From: an uncultured delta proteobacterium
Lineage (GTDB): Bacteria; Desulfobacterota; Binatia; Binatales; Binataceae
DNA length: 64,000 bases
Assembly (NCBI GenBank): GCA_963842085.1
Contig: CAWJET010000002.1
Coordinates: forward strand, 1,536,001 to 1,600,000
Direction: 5' to 3'
Shown: positions 50,176 to 59,539 of the stretch, piece after piece
How the letters are laid out: the number at the start of each line of letters is the position of its first letter
Position numbering within the stretch: position 1 is the first letter of the stretch
Position numbers and translations under genes: made by a program
Notes under the pieces: generated by a model
Seen by the model: the letters and a program-made list of their open reading frames with translations, nothing else
Databases searched by the model: none
What the model was told of the DNA's origin: nothing

Positions 50176-50322
50176 ACCGGCTGAAGGCTATCGATGCAGT
50201 TATCACGACGACCGACGTGCTCAACGCACTAACGGCGGAGGACTGAAAGCGGCTACCGGACAGCGCCAGTCGCTTGCCGTGCCGTGGCCAAATCGCCAGA
50301 CCGCATACAGGAGGTGTTGACT

Positions 50323-50772
50323 ATGCAAGATCACGAATTCTTCAAAGAGGTTATGACGCGCATCGGATGTGACCTGCGTCGTGCGGAGGGGCTGACCTTC
50401 GTGGTCTTCCAGGAACTGCGCGATCGCATCACGCCGACGGAGGCGATGCACGTCGCCGCGCAACTCCCCAAGCATCTCAAAATGATGTGGATGTCGCTCG
50501 AATATCCCGATCGCAAGGTTCATCGCGTCGGCGGCGAGCAGTTCATATGGGAAGTGCGCCGGATGGCCGGACTCACCGATGACGTGGAGGCGGAACGCGC
50601 GGTATCCGCCGTTTTCGCCGCGCTGCAGAAGTTGCTCGGCAGCCCTACCGGCCAGGAAGGCGAGGCGTGGGACGTGATGAGCCAGCTTCCCAAGGACTTG
50701 AAAAGGCTGTGGGTTGATGCGCAGCGGAAGCATGAAACGGTCAACCCGTCAGGAGTTCAGCCGCTTCGATGA
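50323..50772 (+). CDS. DUF2267 family protein
   Basis: EAMHVAAQLP, AVSAVFAAL, DVMSQLPKDLKRLW; GGAGG RBS. Confidence 0.85.
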   Translation: MQDHEFFKEVMTRIGCDLRRAEGLTFVVFQELRDRITPTEAMHVAAQLPKHLKMMWMSLEYPDRKVHRVGGEQFIWEVRRMAGLTDDVEAERAVSAVFAALQKLLGSPTGQEGEAWDVMSQLPKDLKRLWVDAQRKHETVNPSGVQPLR

Positions 50773-51500
50773 ATGACTCAGCGGAAATCGTACGCGAGGT
50801 TCATGCGGCTCTCGGACGCGACCAGCGCCTAGACCTTCGCCGCCATCCGATTGTTATCCAATATGAACCGGATGGAAGCCTTCTCCTTCAAGGCGAAACC
50901 CAAAGCCTGGCTGCCAAGAAGATCGCGCTAGAACTGGCGGCTTCGGTTGGTCGCGTGACGGGAATCGTCGATCGACTCCGGGTGGCGCCGAGACAACCGA
51001 TGGGTGATGGTGCGATCCGGGATCACCTATCCGCCGCGATGTTCGAGGAAGGAGCTTTCAATCACTGCGGGATTCAAGCTGGCGAAGGTGGCCGTGCCAG
51101 AGCGGTCGACGAGGCCACCGCGGACCGGGGTAACCACATCGAAATCGCGGTCGCCGGCGGAGTCGTGACGCTCGATGGCCAGGTCGAAAGCCTGTCGCAC
51201 AAGCGTCTCGCGGAACTGCTCGCGTGGTGGGTCCCGGGCACTCGCGATGTCGTAAACGGAATCGAGGTCGAGCCCTACGAGGACGACAGCGACGACGAGA
51301 TCACCGACGCCGTCACGACGGCGCTTGAAAAGGATCGCCTCGTCACCCATGACTCGATCAAGGTCAGCACGCGAAACTCAATTGTGACTCTCGAAGGGGT
51401 AGTGCCCAACCGCCATCAGGCTGAGATGGCCGAAGCTGACGCCTGGTACATTTTCGGCGTCGACGGCGTCATCAACAATCTGCGCAGCGCCCAAGAGTAG
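50769..51500 (+). CDS. triple BON-domain protein
   Basis: repeated GVVTLDG...VVN motifs. Confidence 0.88.
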   Translation: MNDSAEIVREVHAALGRDQRLDLRRHPIVIQYEPDGSLLLQGETQSLAAKKIALELAASVGRVTGIVDRLRVAPRQPMGDGAIRDHLSAAMFEEGAFNHCGIQAGEGGRARAVDEATADRGNHIEIAVAGGVVTLDGQVESLSHKRLAELLAWWVPGTRDVVNGIEVEPYEDDSDDEITDAVTTALEKDRLVTHDSIKVSTRNSIVTLEGVVPNRHQAEMAEADAWYIFGVDGVINNLRSAQE

Positions 51501-51520
51501 CCGCAGAAGGAAGAAGAACC

Positions 51521-52921
51521 ATGGAACGGAAACATACGAATGAGCAGGTAAGAATTCCTTCCGATGCGATCCTGCTGGAAGGCACGCTGACGGTACCCGC
51601 AGGCGCAAAGGGTGTCGTGCTATTCGCACATGGAAGCGGCAGCAGCAGGCTAAGCCCGCGCAACACTTATGTCGCAAAGGCGCTGCAGAAAGCCGGCATC
51701 GGCACGCTGCTCTTCGATCTTCTAACCGACGACGAGGCCGCGGACCGCGAGAACGTTTTTGATATCGATTTTCTCGGTCATCGGCTGGTCGATGCAACGC
51801 GATGGCTCCGTTCGCGGACCGGCTACGCGAAATATGCAATTGGATATTTCGGCGCGAGCACGGGCGCCGCGGCCGCGCTGGTGGCCGCCGCGCGGGATTC
51901 CTCGGTCAAGGCGGTCGTCTCGCGCGGAGGCCGCCCTGACCTCGCGATGAAAGTCCTTCATCGGGTGAAAGCCCCGACCCTTCTCATCGTTGGCGGCGAC
52001 GACAGCCCGGTCATCGAGATGAACCAGGAGGCATTTGAACGACTCGGATGCGAGAAGGAGTTGAAGATCGTTCCAGGCGCGACTCATCTGTTCGAAGAGC
52101 CCGGAACTCTCGAGGAGGTAGTGAGGTTGGCGCGCGATTGGTTTGCGAGGCATCTCTCAAAGGACACGGCCGAGCAAGAGGCGTCGCCAGACTGCCCCTA
52201 CGACGATGAGGGCCTCGTGTTCGCCGATCGCGTCGACGCCGGCCGTAAGCTCGCCAGGCTGTTACTGAAATACAAAGGCCAGAATCCCGTCGTGCTGGGC
52301 GTGCCGCGCGGGGGCGTTCCGGTAGCCTTCGAGGTCGCTCGCGCATTGAACGCGCCGCTCGACGTTATCATCGTGCGCAAACTGGGGGCGCCAGGCGAGC
52401 CGGAGTTAGGCTTGGGCGCGGTGGTGGACGGCGACCATCCTGAAAAGATTCTCAATCGCGAAGTGATGAGCGCACTGAGAGTTTCGCCCGACTATCTGGA
52501 ACGCGAGATCCACAACCAGCTCAAGGAAATCCATCGCAGGAATCTGGTTTATCGTGGCGGGCGCCAGCGCGTCGAACTCAGAGATCGCGTCGTGATCGTC
52601 GTCGATGACGGAATCGCGACGGGCGGATCGATACGTGCAGCGCTGCGCGGAGTTCGGCAACAGGCGCCGAAGAAAGTGGTTCTCGCCGTTCCGGTCAGCC
52701 CCGCTGATACCATCGACTCGCTCCGCGACGAAGTGGACGAAGTCGTGTGCTTGAGCACTCCGGCGATGTTTTTCGGAATCGGCGAATTCTACAGGGATTT
52801 TCATCAGCTGGCGGATTCCGAAGTTATACGCCTGCTTGAACTCGCACAGCCAGAGCGACCATCCGCTGAGGCGCGGCACCAAGCGCAGCCGCACCCGCCT
52901 TCGAGGCATGCTGAACGATGA
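51521..52921 (+). CDS. dienelactone-hydrolase/phosphoribosyltransferase fusion (Rv0571c-like)
   Basis: FAHGSGSSRLSPRN, GASTG, GATHLFEE; FADRVDAG, PRGG, VVDDGIATG. Confidence 0.9.
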   Translation: MERKHTNEQVRIPSDAILLEGTLTVPAGAKGVVLFAHGSGSSRLSPRNTYVAKALQKAGIGTLLFDLLTDDEAADRENVFDIDFLGHRLVDATRWLRSRTGYAKYAIGYFGASTGAAAALVAAARDSSVKAVVSRGGRPDLAMKVLHRVKAPTLLIVGGDDSPVIEMNQEAFERLGCEKELKIVPGATHLFEEPGTLEEVVRLARDWFARHLSKDTAEQEASPDCPYDDEGLVFADRVDAGRKLARLLLKYKGQNPVVLGVPRGGVPVAFEVARALNAPLDVIIVRKLGAPGEPELGLGAVVDGDHPEKILNREVMSALRVSPDYLEREIHNQLKEIHRRNLVYRGGRQRVELRDRVVIVVDDGIATGGSIRAALRGVRQQAPKKVVLAVPVSPADTIDSLRDEVDEVVCLSTPAMFFGIGEFYRDFHQLADSEVIRLLELAQPERPSAEARHQAQPHPPSRHAER

Positions 52922-52967
52922 AAGCGCGAAAATTCAATCGCGCAATAAAACACTAAGGAGCGAGCAA

Positions 52968-53567
52968 ATGCTGGCAAATCAATTCACAGAAGCCTTCCGC
53001 GAGGAGCACCGCCAGATGCGCGATATGCTGCTCGGCCTGATGGACGCTATCGAAGCCAATGACGTCGAGTCGATTCGGCGTGGAATCGGCGAGATGGTGG
53101 CGCACGCCGGTCCGCACTTTCATTACGAAGAGCAGGTCCTCTATCCGGCGCTCGCTGAAATCTATGGAGACGAATACGTCGAGAAGCTTGGTGCAGAGCA
53201 CGACGCTGCGCTCGAGGCCGTGCAGGAGCTGGCCGAATTGGCCGAGGCTGAAGAGATCACTCCGGAGCAGGCGGGATACGGCCTTGAACTCATCCGTCGA
53301 CTCCTGCCGCACGTCAGTGACCGCGACGGGCTTGCAGTGATCGTAGAGGTGCTGCCTGAAGAGACTGTTCAAGAGATCGTGCGCGGGCGTGAGAAATCGA
53401 AGCGTTCCGGTAAGACTCTGCTCGAGCTGGCCAAGGGTAAGAAGAAGGGCCGGCGCGCTGCACTCCGTGCTCGCGGGAAGGCGCGCAAGGCCGCTGCGAC
53501 GGCGAAATCCAAAGCAGTCCCTCGCAAGGCCAGGGCGAAGGCGAAAAGAGCTGGAAAGAAACCGTGA
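52968..53567 (+). CDS. hemerythrin-like HHE protein with a basic K/R/A-rich tail
   Basis: EEH, HFHYEEQVLYP, EH, H motifs; C-terminal KKKGRRAALRARGKARKAA... Confidence 0.8.
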   Translation: MLANQFTEAFREEHRQMRDMLLGLMDAIEANDVESIRRGIGEMVAHAGPHFHYEEQVLYPALAEIYGDEYVEKLGAEHDAALEAVQELAELAEAEEITPEQAGYGLELIRRLLPHVSDRDGLAVIVEVLPEETVQEIVRGREKSKRSGKTLLELAKGKKKGRRAALRARGKARKAAATAKSKAVPRKARAKAKRAGKKP

Positions 53568-53701
53568 TCAGGCGGGGCGAATGGCGCCTCCTCTGAGAAC
53601 GCAGTAAGAGGGCGTCAACAGGTACAGTCAAACCTAAGGAGGCCCGGACGACGTCTGTCGCGGCGGCGCATCGATGTGTCCTTGGGTAGCGCCCGCATGC
53701 T

Positions 53702-54928
53702 GTGAAACCGCGAGATCAAACTTGGAATCGTCAGCAACGACTCATCGTTGCCAGCCTGTTCCTAACGCTATTTCTGGTTTTCGGTTCCGGTTTCAACACC
53801 GCCGGGGTGTTTTTCGAACCGCTATTGCGTCAATTCCAGTGGACGCGTGCGCGGCTCTCCTCTCTACAAACTGTACTCGGGCTTAGCGCTGGCGTGAGCG
53901 CGCCCTTCTTCGGCTGGCTGCTCGACCGAGTGGACGCCAGCGTGGTGATAGCGTCTGGCGTATGCGTGAGCGGTGCGGCCTTCCTGCTTGCCAGCCGTGC
54001 AAATTCATACGACACCTTCGTGATCGCATACGCGATGCTCGGAGTGGGGATCGCCGCGGCCACCCTCTTGCCGTGCTCACAGGTGTTGGCGAACTGGTTT
54101 GGCGAACGGCGCGGCACCGCGCTCGGACTTGCGATGTCTGGCGCCTCGCTGGGCGGAATGCTGATGACGCTGGTTGCGGCTGACGCGATAGGACACGCAG
54201 GATGGCGCACAGCTTATGTTGCCTTGGCGCTTCCGATGCTTCTCATCAATGTGCCGATAGTGCTCGCGGTCGTGAGGACGAGGCCGGAGACCGGCGCTCT
54301 GGCTGAAGCTCCGTCGTCAGCCTCAGGGCTTGAGATCAGCGCGGCGCTGCGCGGTCGTTCGTTCTGGATGATCGCGGCAGTGCAATTCGCCTTTGCTTTC
54401 GCGATAACCGGCGGTTCGCTTCACATGGTCCCCTACCTGATCGGAATCGGGTACGCCCCGACACATGCAGCGTTGGTGCTGAGCCTGACGTTCGGCCTTG
54501 CTGCGCTCGGTAAGCCGCTGAGTGGAGCTATCGCGGACCGGATCAGCGGACGTTTGGCACTCGCAATCTCAATGGCGATTGCGGCGGCAGGACAAATTAT
54601 TCTGCTCGGGGCGCGCAACGTCGGCCTGCTTGCCGCATACACCGTCATTTTCGGCCTCGCCTCCGGAGCGCCGCTTGCGCTGGTCCCAGATTTGACGGCG
54701 GATTCGCTCGGGCTGAAGCGGTTCGGCACGCTCTTGGGCCTAAGCGGAGTGTTCACAACGATCGGAGCTGCCACGGGACCCGTCGCGGCCGGATCGCTCT
54801 ACGACGCGGCGCACAACTACGTTGCAGCCTTCGTGATCTTTGCCGCAGTGCTCGTTGCGGGAGGTCTCGCCACACTCGGATGCGTCCCGCTGACTGACGA
54901 CGCGCAGGTCAGTCCGGAACCAGAGTAG
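53702..54928 (+). CDS. MFS transporter
   Basis: GWLLDR, NWFGERRGTALG, GAIADRI. Confidence 0.9.
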   Translation: MKPRDQTWNRQQRLIVASLFLTLFLVFGSGFNTAGVFFEPLLRQFQWTRARLSSLQTVLGLSAGVSAPFFGWLLDRVDASVVIASGVCVSGAAFLLASRANSYDTFVIAYAMLGVGIAAATLLPCSQVLANWFGERRGTALGLAMSGASLGGMLMTLVAADAIGHAGWRTAYVALALPMLLINVPIVLAVVRTRPETGALAEAPSSASGLEISAALRGRSFWMIAAVQFAFAFAITGGSLHMVPYLIGIGYAPTHAALVLSLTFGLAALGKPLSGAIADRISGRLALAISMAIAAAGQIILLGARNVGLLAAYTVIFGLASGAPLALVPDLTADSLGLKRFGTLLGLSGVFTTIGAATGPVAAGSLYDAAHNYVAAFVIFAAVLVAGGLATLGCVPLTDDAQVSPEPE

Positions 54929-54970
54929 CGAGTTGGGGCATCTGCATTGCCAGCGCTGAGCGTCGATTTC

Positions 54971-56605
54971 TCAATCGACGAGGTCCCGATACTCGGGCCG
55001 GTAGACCAGTGATCTTAGGAAGGCACTCAGATCGTGAGGTTCGTTCACGCGGGCAAGACCACGGGCGAAAATCACCTCGGCGATTCGCCCGGCGACGTGC
55101 ATTTCAGTTTCGAAGATAGCGGACTGCGGAGGATAAACCAGCCCGCTCGCCAAGTCAGCCGGCGTGACGCGCTCGGCGAGCGCGCGGGCGGCCGCCAAGA
55201 ACATCTCGTCGGTGGCTCGCTTCGCGCGAGTTGCATAGATAGCGAGACCCATCGCAGGGAAGATGTACAAATTGTTGCATTGGCCGGGAACCAGGCGTCG
55301 GTCGCCATATTGCACAGGTTGGAACGGGCTGCCGCTCGCAAATACTGCGCGCCCCGCCGACCACTGGTACGCTTCCTCCGCCGTACACTCGGAACGCGAA
55401 GTTGGATTGGACAACGCGAAGAGGATCGGACGGCGGTTGATTCTCGCCATCGCCTCTATGACGCTCTGGCTGAAGGCTTTCGCGGCGGTGCTAACCCCGA
55501 CAATCATGGTCGGCTTGAGCGATTCGATCGCGGCGACGAAGTCCCTCGTCGATGCGTGCCGATGCGCATACGGCCGCTGGAAATCAGTAACGTCATCGCG
55601 CGTCGATTCGACCAAGCCGTTGCGATTGAAGAGCCAAATCCGCGCGCGAGCCTGCTCGGCTGAAATTCCTTTCGCGATCATCGACTGAGTAAGTAGATCG
55701 GCGATGCCAACTCCAGCCGAGCCGGCGCCCAGGAAAAGAAACGTCTGGTCGATGAGACTTCCGCCCGTGATGCGCAAGGCGCTCAAGATCCCCGCGAGCA
55801 CGACCGCCCCGGAACCTTGAATGTCGTCGTTGAAGCAACAGATACGTTCGCGATAACGCGCAAGCAGCCGAAACGCGTCGGCCCGCGCCCAATCTTCGAA
55901 CTGGATGCAGCAGTCGGGGAATTCTTCCTGGACGGCGGCAACGAACTTCTCGACGAACGCATCGAGTTCGGCGACCGAAGGACGCGGCTGACGGAGCCCC
56001 GTATAAAGCGGGTCGCGAATCAACTTTTCGTTGCCGGTTCCGCAATCGATCATGACCGGTATCGAAAGCTCCGGCGGAACTCCGGCGCACGCCGTGTAGA
56101 GCGCAAGCTTGCCGATCGGAATTCCCATCCCGTCGGCGCCGAGATCGCCGAGGCCCAAAATTCGTTCGCCGCTGGTGACCACAATGAATCGCACGTCTCG
56201 CTCGGCGGGCCAGTTCCGGAGAATCTCGCGCACTTCGCCCTTGCGATTGATCGAGACGTAAAGGCCTTTGGGCCGACGCATGATGCGGCTGAATTGGAGG
56301 CACGCGTCGCCGACGGTCGGAGTGTAGACGAATGGGAGCAATCGCGCGGGGTCCGACGTCAGCAGCCTATAGAAGAGCGTCTCGTCGATGTCCTGCAGTT
56401 CCGAGAGATAGAGGTATTTGTCCAGCGGCGACGTTCGCTGTTCGAGTTGCAACCGCGCTCGCTCGACCTGCGTGTCGAGGTTTTCGACGCCCTCCGGAAG
56501 CAGGCCCTTCAGTTTCAGCCCGACCCGCTCGGTCTCGGTGAAGCCGGTGAATTTGTTCTGATGCGGGTCGCGCAAGAGGTCGGCGCCGCGCGGTCTTGTG
56601 GTCAT
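54971..56605 (-). CDS. NAD-dependent malic enzyme
   Basis: VYTPTVG, GERILGLGDLG, QFED, FNDDIQG, GAGSAG, LSNPT. Confidence 0.93.
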   Translation of the reverse strand: MTTRPRGADLLRDPHQNKFTGFTETERVGLKLKGLLPEGVENLDTQVERARLQLEQRTSPLDKYLYLSELQDIDETLFYRLLTSDPARLLPFVYTPTVGDACLQFSRIMRRPKGLYVSINRKGEVREILRNWPAERDVRFIVVTSGERILGLGDLGADGMGIPIGKLALYTACAGVPPELSIPVMIDCGTGNEKLIRDPLYTGLRQPRPSVAELDAFVEKFVAAVQEEFPDCCIQFEDWARADAFRLLARYRERICCFNDDIQGSGAVVLAGILSALRITGGSLIDQTFLFLGAGSAGVGIADLLTQSMIAKGISAEQARARIWLFNRNGLVESTRDDVTDFQRPYAHRHASTRDFVAAIESLKPTMIVGVSTAAKAFSQSVIEAMARINRRPILFALSNPTSRSECTAEEAYQWSAGRAVFASGSPFQPVQYGDRRLVPGQCNNLYIFPAMGLAIYATRAKRATDEMFLAAARALAERVTPADLASGLVYPPQSAIFETEMHVAGRIAEVIFARGLARVNEPHDLSAFLRSLVYRPEYRDLVD

Positions 56606-56698
56606 CGGAGAGTTCTCACTTTCGAATGCGGCGCAAACGAGTTCCACGAGTTGCATCCGCTCCACGATCCGGTCGAATGTCTCTCCCTCGAGTCTTGG

Positions 56699-57679
56699 CT
56701 AGCCGATTCGTATGTCGAGGCGTTTATCATCGTGGCTCCACTTCGCCGACGTGTTCAGGCTCGCACAAAGATCCTGCATCTTGTCCGCTATGTTCCGCGC
56801 GCGGGCTCCTGCCATTCGCGCCTGCTGATCGGCGATTATCGTCGGCCAAAGATGTATGCTTCGCGGACGACCAACATTGTCCAGATCGATCGAAAAAACG
56901 AACGACTCGTCATTGCGTTCGAATTCATCGATCGCGTAGTCGTCAATAAAATTTCCTGCGCAGTAGATAATCGGCCGTTCGCGATAGAGCTCGATTCCAC
57001 GGAAGACATGACCCGAGTGTCCGAAGATTACGTCGGCTCCTTCACCGATCATGCGATGCGCAAAACGGATGTGCTCCTTGGGAGGATCGTAGCCCCAGTT
57101 CGGTCCCCAATGCACTGATACGATAGCGACCGCGCCCTGGCTTTTTAGGCCACCGATCTTCGCGAAGAGCTCGTGTGCGCGATCGTCCCTGACATCGACC
57201 GGAACGTAGTAGATTCCCTCTCGGTGGGCCGTCGCCTCCCACTGCGGCTCGTTATCGGTAAAGGCGACTAGAGCGATCGTCGCCCCCTTGAGTTTTGAGA
57301 ACGCCGCCCCGCACGCTCCCGAATGATTTAGCCCCGCACCCGCGTGGTTGATGTGGTTGGCGTCCAGCAGCTCCAGCATCTCACGCATCGCATCGTAGCC
57401 GAAATCTAAAGTGTGATTGTTCGCCAGAGAGACCGCATCGATGCGAGCCGCCTTCAGCACGGCGATGTTCTTTGCGTCTGAGCGGAAGTGAAAGGCCTTC
57501 GGAGTGAAGCTCCATGGAACTCCTCGGTCTGACATCACACATTCTAGATTGCACAATTGCCAGTCCGCTGCATGAAAGAGTCGTAAGGTGTCTCCCCACG
57601 GATACTCGGAACGAACCTGCCTGAGCGTCGCGTTGACGCCCCGTCCCAGCATCACGTCGCCGACCAGAACCAATCGCAC
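56699..57679 (-). CDS. CapA family metallophosphatase (Rv0574c-like)
   Basis: GDVMLGRG, NLEC, ANNHTLDFG, HWGPNWG, GHSGH. Confidence 0.9.
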   Translation of the reverse strand: MRLVLVGDVMLGRGVNATLRQVRSEYPWGDTLRLFHAADWQLCNLECVMSDRGVPWSFTPKAFHFRSDAKNIAVLKAARIDAVSLANNHTLDFGYDAMREMLELLDANHINHAGAGLNHSGACGAAFSKLKGATIALVAFTDNEPQWEATAHREGIYYVPVDVRDDRAHELFAKIGGLKSQGAVAIVSVHWGPNWGYDPPKEHIRFAHRMIGEGADVIFGHSGHVFRGIELYRERPIIYCAGNFIDDYAIDEFERNDESFVFSIDLDNVGRPRSIHLWPTIIADQQARMAGARARNIADKMQDLCASLNTSAKWSHDDKRLDIRIG

Positions 57680-57815
57680 TTCGCCTTATCTCCTCTTCGC
57701 GAACAACCCAGCTTCGACGCTAAATCACGCGACAAAACTTCCCTCGAATTCAGGCATTTCCTTTCACTACGATCTTGATTGTCGCTATGAAGAGAGCGGC
57801 CAAGTTCAGAGTTTG

Positions 57816-58349
57816 TTAACCAGTCTCACGCTTCCAGGTCGCGAACAAGCTGCTGTCTTCGTCCGACCAATTGTATTTCGCGCAACCGCCAAAGACCTTC
57901 TCGAGTTCCCGGGCGATACGATGAGCGAGCTTCTGCGACGTAGTCAGTATCTCGAGCGTCTTGCCATCCCAATCTGCGGACAGTATCCGTCGCTCGGGTT
58001 GATTAGCCCTCGCACGACTGTCGACGTTGCCAATGCGGCGGCGAATCTGATCCAGATGCTCGCGTCCGAAGGCGCCGCTTACCAGGACCTTGCCGTAGGC
58101 GATGCCACTTTTCGCTTCCGCACACGCTGGGCATATGACCCAAGCGGCGCCAAAAAGCTTGTCGGTGGTAATGCGACCCGCCCGATGCCAGCTCTTGCGT
58201 TCGTACACAGCCCCGCACCGCTCGCATATCGAGGGGTCTTTGAAAGCCCCTCGCCGCCGAGCGACAGGCGGGCTCTTGTCGAAGCTCGTACCTTTGCGAT
58301 TCAGGCTGCGAATCAGGCCTCTCCCTTTCGGTCTATCGGTGCCTTTCAT
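57816..58349 (-). CDS. BCAM0308 family zinc-ribbon protein
   Basis: CERCGAVY..W, CPAC, TTSQKLAHRIAREL. Confidence 0.82.
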   Translation of the reverse strand: MKGTDRPKGRGLIRSLNRKGTSFDKSPPVARRRGAFKDPSICERCGAVYERKSWHRAGRITTDKLFGAAWVICPACAEAKSGIAYGKVLVSGAFGREHLDQIRRRIGNVDSRARANQPERRILSADWDGKTLEILTTSQKLAHRIARELEKVFGGCAKYNWSDEDSSLFATWKRETG

Positions 58350-58385
58350 TGTTGGATGTCTCCAGTCGTATTCGGCAACAGTGAA

Positions 58386-58401
58386 AGCATCAGGTGTGCC
58401 G
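58386..58401 (-). promoter_or_regulatory. sigma-54 promoter of the BCAM0308-like gene
   Basis: minus strand CGGCACACCTGATGCT. Confidence 0.6.
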
Positions 58402-58455
58402 AGGTTGGTGCCCGTTATCCTGGTTAAGAACTCGTTGATGGTGTTGAGCCCTGAT

Positions 58456-58471
58456 TGGCACATGTGATGCT
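58456..58471 (+). promoter_or_regulatory. sigma-54 promoter of the Mth938-YbhB unit
   Basis: TGGCACATGTGATGCT. Confidence 0.65.
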
Positions 58472-58674
58472 CAACTGGGAACGTCGGAGTAAGTTACCCA
58501 GCAATTTTCCATGAGAATTCGAATTGCCGACTCCGATCGAGCCACCAAAGACTTTGGGCTGTCACGTTTGGATACAGAAGATGAGCATTGACAGCCGGGG
58601 GAAGGAGCCACTCGTGAATTTCGATGCGGCCACGCCAATCGACACCGAGGCCTCTATTCAGGAGGTGACCGCCG

Positions 58675-59025
58675 ATGAATTTTGGCACATTTAGTTTTGG
58701 CTCAATTGAAATCGACGGCAAATCATACGAACACGATGTGGTAGTCGACCGCGGAAGAATTCGCAAACGCAAGAAAAAAGCTTCACAGAAGTTCCGCGAA
58801 CAGTTCGGGCATACTCCGCTTTCGTTGGAAGAGGAAATCCCCTGGAAATGTCGGCGGCTGATAGTCGGCTCCGGAAAATACGGCGAGCTCCCGGTGATGA
58901 AAGAAGTGAAACGTGAGGCACAGCGGCGCGACGTGGATATTACGATTCTGCCGACGGATGCTGCGATTAAGGAGCTCGGCAAGAATCCGGCGAAGACGAA
59001 TGCGATCCTCCACGTAACGTGCTGA
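58675..59025 (+). CDS. Mth938-like domain protein
   Basis: FGSIEIDG..YEHD, GSGKYG, AILHVTC; GGAGG RBS. Confidence 0.85.
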   Translation: MNFGTFSFGSIEIDGKSYEHDVVVDRGRIRKRKKKASQKFREQFGHTPLSLEEEIPWKCRRLIVGSGKYGELPVMKEVKREAQRRDVDITILPTDAAIKELGKNPAKTNAILHVTC

Positions 59026-59055
59026 ATGGTCCACCCGGCGAAGGAGTTCCTCGCG

Positions 59056-59532
59056 ATGGCACTGAAGCTGACCTCTCCCGCCTTTAAGAATCGCAGCGAG
59101 ATACCCCCCGTTTACACTTGCGACGGAAACGATCTTTCTCCTGCCCTGACCTGGTCGAACGTTCCGGAAGGAGCGCAAAGCCTCGCTTTAATCGCGGATG
59201 ACCCGGACGCCCCCGATCCGGCTGCGCCAAAAATGACCTGGGTGCATTGGGTACTTTACAACCTTCCGCCCACGCTCGACGGCCTGCCCGAGGGGGCCGG
59301 TTCGGCCAAAATGCCAAGCGGTACCCTGCCTGGCGTGAATGACTGGAAGCGCACCGGTTACGGTGGGCCATGTCCCCCAATCGGACGTCACCGATACTTT
59401 TTCAAGCTCTATGCGTTAAACAGAATACTGCCTGACCTCAATCGGCCAACCAAAGCAAAACTTGAAGCGGCGATGAAAGGTCATATCCTGGCCCAAGCGA
59501 CGCTGATCGGAACCTATCAACGCAAGCGTTGA
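59056..59532 (+). CDS. YbhB/YbcL (PEBP) family protein
   Basis: DDPDAP, WVHWVLYN, GPCPPIGRHRYFF. Confidence 0.92.
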   Translation: MALKLTSPAFKNRSEIPPVYTCDGNDLSPALTWSNVPEGAQSLALIADDPDAPDPAAPKMTWVHWVLYNLPPTLDGLPEGAGSAKMPSGTLPGVNDWKRTGYGGPCPPIGRHRYFFKLYALNRILPDLNRPTKAKLEAAMKGHILAQATLIGTYQRKR

Positions 59533-59539
59533 GGCGTCG

